Assembly (NCBI RefSeq): GCF_030144855.1
Contig: NC_082722.1
Coordinates: forward strand, 20,646,001-20,710,000
Origin: Hypanus sabinus
Lineage: Eukaryota
Direction: 5' to 3'
Length of the DNA stretch: 64,000 nt
Shown here: piece by piece, positions 37,600 to 49,729 of the stretch
Layout of the letters: every line of letters begins with the position of its first letter
Numbering within the stretch: the first letter of the stretch is position 1
The notes under the pieces: model-generated
Seen by the model: only the letters and a program-made list of their open reading frames with translations
Databases searched by the model: none
Told to the model about the DNA's origin: nothing
Position numbers and translations under genes: made by a program

Positions 37600-38830
37600 T
37601 GTCCCGCTTTGAAAAAGAACAACACAATAAAAGGCGAACCATCAGCATTGCACAAATACACATGCCTTACAGAGCCACAAGGTTGTGCTATTGGAAGATG
37701 ACATGAACATATTTTACTATACTCACAAAAGCCTGAAACAGTTTGCCTCTTCTCCAAAGACGAGGATACTTCGTATGACATCACGGCAACGTACCACAAA
37801 AGATGACATTTCTGGAAAGTATTTTTGCTTCTTTACATTTTTGAATTTTGATAATTTCTTCCTGCAGGTTCTCTTCCTTCTCTTCCACCTTACAAAGAAA
37901 TGGGTTAATTATCCCTTCCGGAATTTCCAGATGGTTTAAGTACTTGAATCAATTCTGAAAATCCTTCTGAAAAGTCTGAAAATAAGCAGTATTATTGTCA
38001 TTCACCATCCGTGAAAGAGCGTGCCACACTTTCCGTGCAGGAAAAATGTTTTGCCGATATATTTCCAGTTTTCTGATAAAAGTGGATCGAAAGCTTTTTG
38101 GCAAGGTGAAATTGAAATTCTCACTCCGCAGTTTCATATGTAGAATGTTCATTTTCCCATAGAGATCGGCCAAGTGTGCCACATCTCCAAGTAAAAATTC
38201 AAACCTGTTTCCCAAGTTCTTGTCGACTTTGAGGAAACATTCAACCACAGTGTCAAAAAGATCAAAGAACAGTTTTAAGCAACAGTGTTTTGACAGCCAA
38301 CGCATGTAAATTTGAAAAAAAAAGCTAGCGTTCAAACTCTTCATCGTTATTTTGGCATTACTGGCAACAAAATCTGCGATTTTATAGCTGAGTTTTAATT
38401 TTGTTGATAGCAGATATTACAAGAATTTTGCTTGAACAAAATCGCTGGCTAAGGCTTTCAGCAGCGAGCTGTTAATGATTAATTGAACAATGAATTGCAA
38501 ACAGACGTGTAATTTATTTTTCATAAATGCCACCAAGCTGCCACCATGCTGATCTGTCATGCATGGTGCTCCATATTTTGTACAAGATGTTCCTATCGGA
38601 ATAATTCTATAATTTAACTCGTCATTGGTTGTTATCCGTTGAGATTTGCATTTAAATTTTTACTTAAGAGAACATGTTGATAATGTTTTTATCCAGGTTC
38701 AGCCCTCTTGTTCTCAAAGGTGCAGGTTTCTATTATTTTTTTTGGAATTTTCTCTGGATTTCTGAAATTGTTTCAAAGAATAGGTTCCTGTTTGCGTTAT
38801 CAAACTGAAGATATATTTATCTGCCTGTGC
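37600..38830 (-). mobile_element. hAT (Buster/Charlie-like) DNA transposase relic
   Basis: YGAPCM, IHC..H (CxxH), RWLSKH, LADLYGKMNILHMKL and YLCNA motifs, with frameshifts. Confidence 0.8.
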
Positions 38831-41800
38831 TCCCTTTACCTACCACTCCCCCACCTTCCTTAGTTCCACTCCTCATTCACCAACCACATCACCCTGAAAA
38901 TATAAGCACAGAAATCTACGGCATACTACAGACCTTTCGCCCTAAATCTTGTGCCGACCACGTCAGCTACTGTAGACACTGTCAAGAATTTCCCTACTGC
39001 ATAGCCTTCTATTTTTCTAAGTTCTGATGAAAGACAATAATCTATTATAAACGGATGTGCACCCTGTTCTACCGCACATTTAGCTGAGCCCGTATTGATG
39101 CGTCAGTTTGCCTACTATTGGTGAAGGAACTGTTGGGCATATTTCACATACATTTTTCTCTCCTGAGTAATTGACAGTTGTTTATAGATGTTGAGCTGTG
39201 TCTTTATTCTTCGCGAGTACACATCCGGAAACATGGCACCCATATAGATTTACTTTCCAACGTCTATTTGCTTTTGGTCAAATATTAAAATTAGCTTAAT
39301 GTGACCGTCTGCTTTTCTACTCTGATTCAATGCAGACTGGGACGGATACTGACTAGCGGTGTATTTTACTGCCTGTTGGCTGCGCTGAGATTCCTGGTAC
39401 TAACATGTGATACCGGAGTTGCATTTTCCAAATAATTATCAGCATTATGCCGTGAACGAATATTAAAAGCAAGAGTTTTAATGAACTGAAAAGAAAAAAA
39501 ATCGGATAAACTTCATCATACGACTTTTACTTTTACTTTCAATATTCAGAGGGAGAAGTGTTTTCACGAGGACAAGTTGCGAATGTTCAACAACATCGGC
39601 CGCTTTATATTCCCCTCTGTTGAACTTTGATTTCACTGAACAACAACAGCCTTTTGATCGGCAGGTTTTCCATACCTAAAATTTTCTCTTGCCGATGACG
39701 GCAAATCTCCGCATTTTTATATTTATCATTTGAGGTCTGTGGAGGCAAAATTATTGGAACGTATTTAAGTGGTAGTAAATACCTATTGATTTTCAGCATC
39801 TGCAGTTTTTTTCTTGTTTTTAAGGGGGAAATAAGTATTTTTTGGAAAAATCGCGGAAGGTGGAATGGAGCTGAATGCAGAAGACTAACTTATCAGACAT
39901 TACCACCAAGAATAGCCAGGCAAGAGGAGCGCGGGATAGCATATTACTGTTCCTAGTCTTAACTTTCTTTTTTTTTATTAGTGATAATTGGCTCTAATGA
40001 ATCCGAAAAACTTTGAACTGACAACTCATACATGTGATGTAGATTTTGAATATTCGTCTGGAGTCAAAAAAAAAAAAAAAACGAAACGAGGCATTGCCTC
40101 GGCCCTGCGCTGATCGACAGTCCACATCTCTGGACTGCTGTTGGATTCTCAGCTTCACAGCTCCTATGATATATTTACATCTGCGCACAATGTATACTTG
40201 TTTTGATGTTTGGATGCTGATTCTTGGAATTGGGAGACTGCAGAGTGGCGTAAGTCAGATTGGCATCTCTATTTCCTTTATTTTGTGCAAGTGGTTAATG
40301 GTCAGCGGCTCGTCGAGCACCCAGTGGCTAACTGAATCAAACGAGTGTAAAAAAAAGTTAGGGAAGTACACTTTCAAAATTTATGTCAGCATTCTTTCAA
40401 GATTTCACTTTTTGATTTCATTATAGGCGTTTCTTTCCTTACTTAAACAGAACCTTAGCAAAATTAAGTTAGGAGAATAGCGAAATCCTTGAAGTACCAG
40501 TTATGGTACAAAGTATTCGGCTAACATATAATACAAGCGCATTTTGTGTCATTTATGTCTGATTACCGCAACACGATTCGTCTATAGATCTCAGAGGTGT
40601 TTCCACAGCCGTACCTGCCAATTCAGCTCCAAATGCATCTGGACATTGTGTCAGTGGCCAGCGCATAACTGATAGAATGAACCTTAGCACTTTGTTGATT
40701 CAGACTCCATGTTCACAGATTTGTCACAGTTCGGTATTTCCGCGAGTTCAGTTCTCCGCGGTTATTATCAGACATTAAGAAGGAATAGGATAGGAGCAGG
40801 CAGTGGACCCTGGAAGAAATTGTAGGGACAGGATTACCAAGTGGAGTTGATGGGCAAATGAGGAGAAGAGAAGAGGTGAAAGGGAACTGGAATCGGGAAT
40901 TGATAAAAGAGACAACGGAATGGTGGAGAAGGTACCAGCAGTTGGATAAATCGATGTTCATGCCGTCAGTTTGGAGCTGACCTAGATGGAAAAAATATAT
41001 TTTCTACGGGGATGTTAAGTTGGAAATGATGACAGGTTACTTTTCGCTGAAAGAGGATTAGCTATGATGCACTTTATATATCGGTGCGGTGTCAATGTAT
41101 GCTCCCACATTTCAATGACTTACGGGTAAAGAAGTCAATTGGTTACGTGGGTGTGATTGAGCAGCACGGCCTAGTTGTACCGGAGGAGCCTGTTCCCGTG
41201 ATAGATCTCTAATGCAAATCTAAGTCATATCCATGCATATCTCTCTGCTTTACCTGGGAGTAGATTACGCGCTCCTCCTGTTGTCCATCTTTGCGAAATG
41301 GTTTGCTCTCCCTATGGTTTAGTGAAGCATAGGCAGTGGTGTGCTCAACCGGTGCTTGTTCAGACTGATAGAAAAACATATTTAATACAGCTAACTGATA
41401 CAGAGCTCAGTGATCATAAACTTAATTTGATTTGGATATTCAAATCACACTGAAGGTTTAAGAACTGCTGGAATAGCATTTTGTCTCCGCACAATTACAC
41501 TGTCTATACATCATACCGGCGGTGGGATCTCGACAATTTCCGGTTGGAGACCGCTATGTTTTTATTCGATTTTCAAACAACCGCTTATAACAGCCCTATG
41601 AATGGGATGGGGTTCTCATTTCTAGCCATCTCTTTTTTTTTTCATCTCCCAAGTCCTATCCCTTATGTTCCTATAAGTTTAGCTTTGCATGGGCATCATC
41701 CGATGTTCCAGCTCTTGTATAATTCGTCCAATTATACAAATCTTTGGCGTGACCAAACTGAAACTGTGACCATTACTTCGTATTCGCTAAGTTAAGGATA

Positions 41801-42279
41801 CCTTAGCAAATGGCAAGTCCTGATGCTAAATCTTGCTAACTGAGGCCGCTAACACCGGGGCGGCATTATGGGCCTCGTTGAATTGATTGGTTTTGGTAAT
41901 AAATCACTTAAATTACACAGAGCAAATAGCCGTACATGTTACAATCAATATTATAATAACATTTGTTTCGGTTCATAAAACGGCATAACATTTCAGAGTA
42001 ACAGAGTAATAGCAAAGGTTTAATCATGAATACTTCAGCAACTTAGAGAGTTCTCTAAAAATCAGCCCTACATTTCTGGAAACGTTACGAACGCTGCTAG
42101 AAGTTTTAACGGAGTTCTACTATAAGGAAATCATTGATGTATGACTACGTCATCTTGGTGAACTCAAAGGTTGCGGCAGTCGCTTTCTTTGTTCTTAAAT
42201 TGCTTCATAGTATGGGTGGAATATTTGCCGTTCGACAGAAAACAGAAAATAAATGGTTAGCTGCTGGTCACGTCTGAGG

Positions 42280-43150
42280 TTCCATAGGGATCGGTGTTCA
42301 GACCGCAGCTTTTTACGACGTATGTCAATAATTTTCAATATAGGATTAATGGATTAGTGGCTACATCTGCCAATGATACAAAGATAGGTAGAGGAGCGGG
42401 GATTTTTGAGAAAACAGAAAGCACGCAGACAGACTTAGATAATTTAGGCGACCTGGCAAACAAGTGGCAAATGAATTACAATGTTGGAAATTGCATAGTC
42501 AAGTACTTTAGTGGAGGAAATGAACGGGCAGAGTATCATTTAGAAGGCGAGAAATTTCAAAATGCAGGGATGCAAACGGACTTGCGAGTCCTTGTGCAGG
42601 ATACCCTGAAGATTAACCTCCAGGTGGACGCTATCGTGAAGACGGCAGATGCAGTGTTGGCATTCATTTCTAGAGGCATAGAATTTAAGTGCAGGGATGT
42701 GATATTGATGCTCTATAAGGCACTCGTGAGACCACACGGAGTATTTTCTGCAGTTTTGGACTCCTTATTTTAGAACGAATATACTGACTTTGGAGAAATT
42801 TCAGAGAAGATTCACGAGAATGATTCCAGGAATGAAAGGTTTACCGTATAAGGAACGTCAGGCAGCTGTTGGCCGGTGTTCTCTGGAGTTCATGAGACTG
42901 AGGGGAGATCTCATAGAAACATTCAGAATGCTAAAGGACCTGAAGAGATTAGAAATTGCAGAGGTATTTACTGTGGTAGTGGTGTCTAAGACAAGAATGT
43001 CCTTGGTTAGCCAGGGCATCAAAAATGTTTGGGTGGGAAGGCACGATAGTGGGGATGACTGGAAGAATTGGATCAGCCCTTGACTGACTGGTGGAGCATA
43101 GTCGATCGGCCTTATGTTCCACTCTGCTCCTGTTTCTTATGGTCTGACGC
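42280..43150 (+). mobile_element. CR1 LINE RT C-terminus and 3' end
   Basis: ORFs 42294-42773 and 42790-43083 (SANDTKIG, LYKALVRPH, QRRFTRMIPG). Confidence 0.88.
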
Positions 43151-44285
43151 ACCAAATATTGTTAAGTCAAATTTGAGCAAAATGCGTTAAAATGGATAAA
43201 GTGACTAATGAAACGCGTGATGTATATCAAGATAATGTAGGTGGGAAGATGAATAACACTGAAGAGCTGGAAACCTGAAATCGAATAGACGAAATATTAG
43301 ATCAAGAATCATTATTGCGAAGAAAATAGTTTACGTTGCTTTCTGGGGAGGGGTCTTTGATGTGGAATGTGAACTGTTTCTCTTCCAATGATGTCGCCAG
43401 TGCCTTTCGATTATTGTCTGGTTTGAATCCAAGTGGGATGACAAACATTTTACATGTTCAGGTATGTCGTTCCAAACTGAGGATGATATTCATTCAGCGT
43501 AGCATCGTGAAGTAGAAGGTGCCTTATGGAGTTACGTTTAAGATGTGGTTATCATTGATCACCAGATACTACAAAGCTTTTGTTGCAAGTATACTCGACT
43601 CCATTGCAGGTTATGCACCGCTATATGGATCTTTGTTGCGAATCGGAGTTGAAACTGTCCAGAATGTCGCAAAGAGCATTTCAACAAAACAAGAGTTCAT
43701 TGCATTTTACCTTATGTACTGTCCGTAACACATGGTGAATTTATTTGTGCACGTACTGTACAGTCCCATTGTCCAGTACACTGAGGCGCACGGAAACTGA
43801 CAATTAGTAATTCCTCACTGTCTCAGATATGCATTTAATTTTACGCCATGTGAAAAATAATGAACGACTTAACTTCCATTTGTAAATGTTACCGTTCACC
43901 TTCGAATGCAACCGGTGATGAATTGGTGTGGAAACTTGAAAGGATGTAGGAAGCAGATTCAATTGGAACATGCGAATAAATCTTAGAGATATACTTGAAT
44001 ATAAAGATTTGACAGGGAAAATGAATCTTATTTCTCTCTTCTATGTTCCAAAGTGTTATGGAATAAAAATGATTCATAATATCGTTTGTTACGAAGGATG
44101 AACAGCTCTGATGGGCAGAAGGGTGCAAAGTTGCATTTTCGCTCCCCTGGGAGAATCACAAACTGTTACTGCTGCCAGGCTGTTAATGAGAGAGAAAGAG
44201 ATGGGACAATAGATATTGGGACTGGAACATTTGCTTCAGACAAGGGTGCGATAACAGCCTGAGAGACAGTTATGTTTATCCACCA

Positions 44286-44750
44286 TGTTATGACTCCCGA
44301 AAGACTTATGGCTGCGTCGAGGGCGGTTTACGTGGTACCATCCTGCTGATTAAATTTCCTCACTGGACAGCTAGAGTGAGCTGGTTTGATGGGTTAGGCC
44401 ATTCAAACCTGATTGACACCGGAGACCCGGTGAGTGGGGATAAAAGTGAGGTCTGGGTTGACACCACTCAGACGCACCAGGAGACACACTAGTGAGCATC
44501 AGAAACCCACGAGAAAGTGTTGGGCATCGGAGACCGAACGAAGGATCGGTCAATTTTAACTCACAGTGTTTAGAGCAAGGCCGGTGGGGGCTTGTGTGTC
44601 TGTCCATCCTTGCCTGGGTGACGAGACCACCACGGAAGAACGGTCCAGCTAAAGGACAGGGGGGTCATGCTTGAATGGCCACAACAACACATCGACGGAT
44701 CAAGCTCGTAAAGGAAGGTTTGCAAGACAATAGCTGTTACTCTTTGGTCG

Positions 44751-44826
<76 letters not shown>

Positions 44827-45129
44827 CTCTCTCTCCAACAATTACAACACATCGACCAATAACTACCTCAGCCTGCATGAACTGAAATGAACTTTATACT
44901 TTACCATAATAATTAAATATCCCCTATACAACGATAGAGCTTGTTTATTATTGATTATTATTATACCCACACTTTTAGGTTTAGTATTGTCAACGTGTAT
45001 TATCTGTATATTTACAGTGATATTGATTTGTGTATTTTACTAATAAACACTGTTGAAAATAGTACCACCAGACTCCAACGGATATTTCTATCTTTGCTTG
45101 TAAGACACCCAGTTACGGGGTGCGAAACA
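44286..45129. mobile_element. Solo LTR-like element with internal (CT)n; related to 55.3-56.7 kb
   Basis: TGTTATG...AAACA termini. aactacctc...gaactgaa and ccagactccaacg / ccagattccaacg are shared with 56340-56600. Confidence 0.6.
44754..44835. repeat. (CT)n microsatellite, about 40 units
   Basis: Seen directly. Confidence 0.98.
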
Positions 45130-45139
45130 CTTTGCTATG

Positions 45140-48100
45140 CGAATATCCCGGTCTGAAACAGGGATCTACAGCGACAACGTTACATCGAAGATAGAAGAGA
45201 GAAGGGGGGCGACGATGAGGAAGAGATGGATGCTTGGAATACAGGAAACCCCGGGGGATGTATCTCTTCAAACGGGCTCACTCTTTTGGAAGCTGTCGGA
45301 ACAGAAGACACTGCCAATCTGAAAGGCGGACAGGTCGGCGAGTCAAGAATTGGCCCTGAAGCAAAGCCGAGTAGAGTCGTGGTAGTAGGGGACTCCATAG
45401 TGCGAGGTACAGAAATGGAGTTCTGCGGCAGCAGACGGGATTTAAGGATAGTGTGTTGCCTCACTGTTTCAAGGATGCAGGACATCACCGAGCGATTGCA
45501 GAGCATCCTCGAGAGTGAAGACGAACAGCCGGAAGTGGTAGTGCATGTCGGCTTAAAAGACGTCGGGAAGAAGAGGAAACAAATTCTGCAACCTAACTTC
45601 AGAGAACTCTGAAAAGCAAGACCTCCAGTTTGGTTATCTCCGGTCTGCTTCCAGTTCCTCGTGCTGATGAGGGCAGGAATAGGGAGATAGGGGATCTAAA
45701 TGTGTGGCTGAGGAGCTGGTGCTGGAAACAGAGATTAAGATTCTTAGACCACTGCGATCTGTTTTGGGGTAAGGTTTACTTGTACAAAAGGGACTGGTTA
45801 CAGCATAACAGGCGGGGGACCAGCATTTTGGCAGGCCGGTTTGCCACTGCTACCCGGGTGTGTTTAAAATAAGTAGTGGAGGGAGGAGGGAGGAGATGAA
45901 CCGGAAATATCAGGATGGAGTTAAAGGGAAATAGAGAATAAGAAAAGTTAAAAAAGAAAACAGAATTAACGGGGCAGAAAACTCAGGAAGGGATCGGAGT
46001 GTATGGCCAAGTGCAATAGGAATCGATGTGAACGCTGAGGGGTGTAACGCATTAAAATTATATATGAATGCACGAAGTACATGAAATAAAGTGGACGAGC
46101 TTGATGCTCACTTGGAAATTGGCAAGTATGATGTTGTAGGTAGGACAGAGACATGGCTGCAAGAGGACCAGAACTGGGAAATGACTATTCAAGGGTATAT
46201 GTCCTATCGAAAGGACAGATATGTGTGCAGAGGACGTGGGGTTGCTCTGTTGGTGAGGTATGAAATTCAGTCCCTTGCGAAGGGTGACATAGAATCAGAG
46301 AGTGTAGAGTCAGTATGGATAGAACTGAGAAATTGTCAGGGCAAAAAGACCCTATCAGAGTTATCTACAGGCCCCCAAAGAGTAGCCTGGATATAGGCTG
46401 CAAGTAGCAAAGATAATGCTACTGTTGTTATGGGGGAATTCGACGTGCAGGTAGACTGGGAAAATCAAGTTGGTACTGAACCCCAAGAAAGGAAGTTTGT
46501 GGTGTGCCTCCGAGATGGATTCTTAGAGTACCTTGTACTGGAACCTACCAGAGAGAAGGCAATTCTGGATTTAGTGTTATGTAATGAACCGGATTTGATA
46601 AGGGAACTCGAGGTAAAGGAGCCATTAGGGGGTAGTGACTATAATTTGTTAAGTTTTATTCCACAATTTGAGGGGGAGAAAAGAAAATCGGAAGTGTCAG
46701 TATTACAGTTGAACAAAGGGGACTGTGGAGCCATGAGGGAGGAGCTGGCCAAGGTGCAGGATCCGTTCATTCCAAAGAGGAAGAACGATTCTTAGGGGAA
46801 TAAGGGGCGACCGTGGCTGACCATGACCTTTCCATTCTCTATTTTCTAATTATGATTTTAATTTTTTTATTATATTTAGTTCGATTTGTACTTAAGTGAG
46901 CGAGAAGCGTAGAATCAAATATCATTGTGACGATTGTAAGCTCTAGTATCAATTGTTTGGTGACAATAAAATAAAGTAAAGTAACTTGTATGAAGAGGAA
47001 AAATTAGTTAAGACCAAAGTTGGCCCCTCGAAGACAGAAACGGGTGAATTTATTATGGGGAACAAGGAAATGGCAGACGAGTTGAAAAGGCACTTTGGAT
47101 CTGTCTTCACTACGGAAGACACAAACAATCTCCCAGATGTAATAGTGAGCAGAGGACCTGGGATAACGAAGGAACCGAAGGAAAATTCTCATTAGGCTGA
47201 AAATGGTTTTGGATAGGCTAATGGGACTGAAAGCTGAAAAATCTCCAGGGCCTGATGGTCTGCATCACAAAGTACTTATGGTGGTAGTTCTAGGAATCCT
47301 GAACGCAGTGGTAATCATTTTCCAGTGTTTTATACATTCATCATCAATTCCTGTGGGTTAGAAGGTAGCTAGTCTTATCCCACTTTTTAAGAAAGGAGGA
47401 AGAGAGAAAACTTGGAATTATAGACCAGTCAGCCAGACATCAGTAGTGGGGAAGATGCTGGAGTCAATTATAAAAAATGAAATTGCGGCACATTTCGATA
47501 GCAATAACAGGAACGGTCCGACTCAGAATGAATTTACAAAGGGGAAATCATGCTTGACTAATCTTCTGGAATTTTTTGACGATGTAACTATGAAAATGAA
47601 CAAGGGAGAGCCAGTCGATGTAGTGTACCTGGACTTACAGAAAGCCTTTAAGAGTAGTGTGCAAAATTAGAGCACATGGCATTGGGGGCAGGGTATTGGC
47701 ATGGATGGAAAATTGTTCGGTAGGGAGGAATCAAAGAGTAGAGATTAATGGGTCCCTTTCAGAATGCAAGGCAGTGACTAGTAGGGTACTGCAAGGCTCG
47801 GTGCTGGGACTGCAGATATTTACAATATACATTCATGATTTTGATGAAAGGATTAAAAGTAACATTAGCGAATTTGCAGATGACACAAAGTTGGGTGACA
47901 GTGTGAAATATGAGGAGGATGTTATGGGAATGCAAGGCAACCTAGACAGTTTGGGTGAGTGGGCAGAGGCATGGCAGATGCAGTTTAATGTGAATAAATG
48001 TGAGGTTATCCACTTTGGTGGCAAGAAGAGGAAGGCAGATTACTATCTCAATGGTGTCATGTTCAGAAAAGGGGAAGTACAACGAGAGCTACGTGTCCTT

Positions 48101-48270
48101 GTTCATCAGTCACTGAAAATAAGCATGCAGGTACAGCAGGCAGTAAATAAAGCTAATGGCATGTTGGCCTTCATAACAAGTGTCGTTGGGTATAGTAGCA
48201 AAGAGGTCCTTCTGCAGTTTTACAGGGCCCTGGTGAGACCACACCTGGAGTATTGTGTGCAGATTTAGTC
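45140..48270 (+). mobile_element. Near full-length degenerate CR1 LINE: ORF1 with GDSL/SGNH esterase, ORF2 APE + RT
   Basis: VVVVGDSIVRG and VVVHVG (esterase); YDVVG.TETWL (APE); CLTNLLEFF, LQGSVLG and FADDTKLG (RT). Many stops. Confidence 0.92.
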
Positions 48271-49181
48271 TCCAAAAAGGAACGTGGTTTCTGTATTCTC
48301 CAGACACATACGAGCTGCGCTCTGACGCTAACAATAAGCCCAGCTGCGTCTTCCTATGCTTCTCTTGAAATTAGATATTAACACATCTATTGAACGTGTA
48401 ATCATCAAACCTAAGACGATTTTGATCTCGATTCAACCTTTCAAGTCACGTCTGTCAAGAACATTATTTAGTACGATCAGAACCCTATAGATAACTCGTA
48501 GACGCGCCAAAGGACCATAAGACATAGGAGAGACTTATGCCAATCGAGTCTGCTCCGCTATTTTGAGAAATTCTGCATAACCAATTTGCAATGATAATTT
48601 ACAACACGTTCGACAAGTAGATATTTGATATTGCTATTAATTCCTTTGGATTCGGCTTGTAACCCTGGCAGACCCTATCATAGTTTTGAGAAAATTGTTC
48701 ATATGCTGCGTTGTGAGTGATATGAAATCGAGCTATTCAATCCAGCCACTCACATACTATCAATATTATTTGATCAACTTGCTTGTAAAGCAATCATAAC
48801 CTCATTTGAAAATGAATTGTTCGTTGTATTCAAAGCACCTTCTCGGTAATATGGCTAAAATCTAAGGGTATCTTGGACATTAGCTTTAAATGGGAGATAG
48901 CCGATCGAGAGCATCTGCACTAACAGCGGTGGTAAGGAGTACGATACAACACACAGAATCAACGTTATTTGTCGCCCCCTTGATGCTGCCTGAAATGTGA
49001 TCGTTTTCTTCTGGTCTTTTTATCTCTACAATTGGATCCTGTGGAATGGGGTTTCCAGTAACGCGTGCAACAAATCCACTCTTGCTGTTTGTTTTATCAA
49101 GTAGCAATATTTCATATTACTCTCATCACTAATTTAATGTAAACGACACAGAGGCAAAACTCTTCTCGCAGCAGCACTCAC

Positions 49182-49467
49182 CGAAAACAGTGAGCTTGGA
49201 ACCACTTCCAAATCTGAAAGATTGTTCCTCATTCTTTACTCCACAGCACAGTAATATATTCCGCAATCGGCGACTTCGATATCCAAAAGGAAAGAGTGTT
49301 TCCACTCTGTTATCTAGAGTAAGTCGTTTTCTGCAGTCCCTTTCTAAAAATGCCTTCTCGCCTTCCCTCCGCCAAAGAATGTCAAAGGGTCTTGTATTAG
49401 AAGAAATCAGCAGAACGATCAAGCCCTTGGGAGATTGAGGTCCATGGCTTGCAGTTATTTTTGACGG
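49182..49467 (-). pseudogene. VJ exon pseudogene, paralog of 325-630
   Basis: Same acceptor (gcag|CCGTCAAA) and donor (TTCG|GTGAGT). Lesions: +1 nt at the start, net 27-nt deletion removing the B-strand Cys, +1 nt in the E strand, and a 5-nt CTGTG duplication. Shifted frame reads DCGIYYC, and FGSGSKLTVF is retained. 286 nt versus 306 nt. Confidence 0.88.
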
Positions 49468-49674
49468 CTGCCTGAAAATAAGCAAGAGTATTCATGACAG
49501 CTACACACAGGGAATCAGAAAGAACCTAAAAACGTACTAGAAATTAATTGACAACTAAAATCCAAGACGGACGATTTGCTCAACCGCTAAAACTAAGTAT
49601 GCTTCAAGCACCCAAGGTTAAGTTTTCTAAAGCGGAATAGTCTATTCAGAAACGGAAAATGTAACTTAGCATAC

Positions 49675-49729
49675 ATAGACAAGTAATAGCCAGAAGCGCC
49701 ATGGAGGAATCTGTAGATATCTCCTACAG
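49675..49729 (-). pseudogene. Disabled leader exon of the 49.2 kb paralog
   Basis: ATG TTG is replaced by CTG TAG. GCG CTT CTG GCT ATT ACT is identical to copy 1, and the donor |GTATGC is conserved; 207-nt intron. Confidence 0.85.

Noticed and set aside
39520-39740. 61-nt exon-like segment (ccacag|...TAG|GTATGG) with faint similarity to the TM relics
   Set aside because: The phase is incompatible with the phase-1 exons, there is a stop in phase 1, and the central part does not align.
44570-44890. ERERER / SLSLSL ORFs
   Set aside because: Translation of the (CT)n microsatellite.
49129-49485. 118-aa ORF as an intact second V gene
   Set aside because: It is out of frame with the acceptor, lacks the B-strand Cys, and has its YYC in another frame. 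The leader has lost its ATG and gained TAG.
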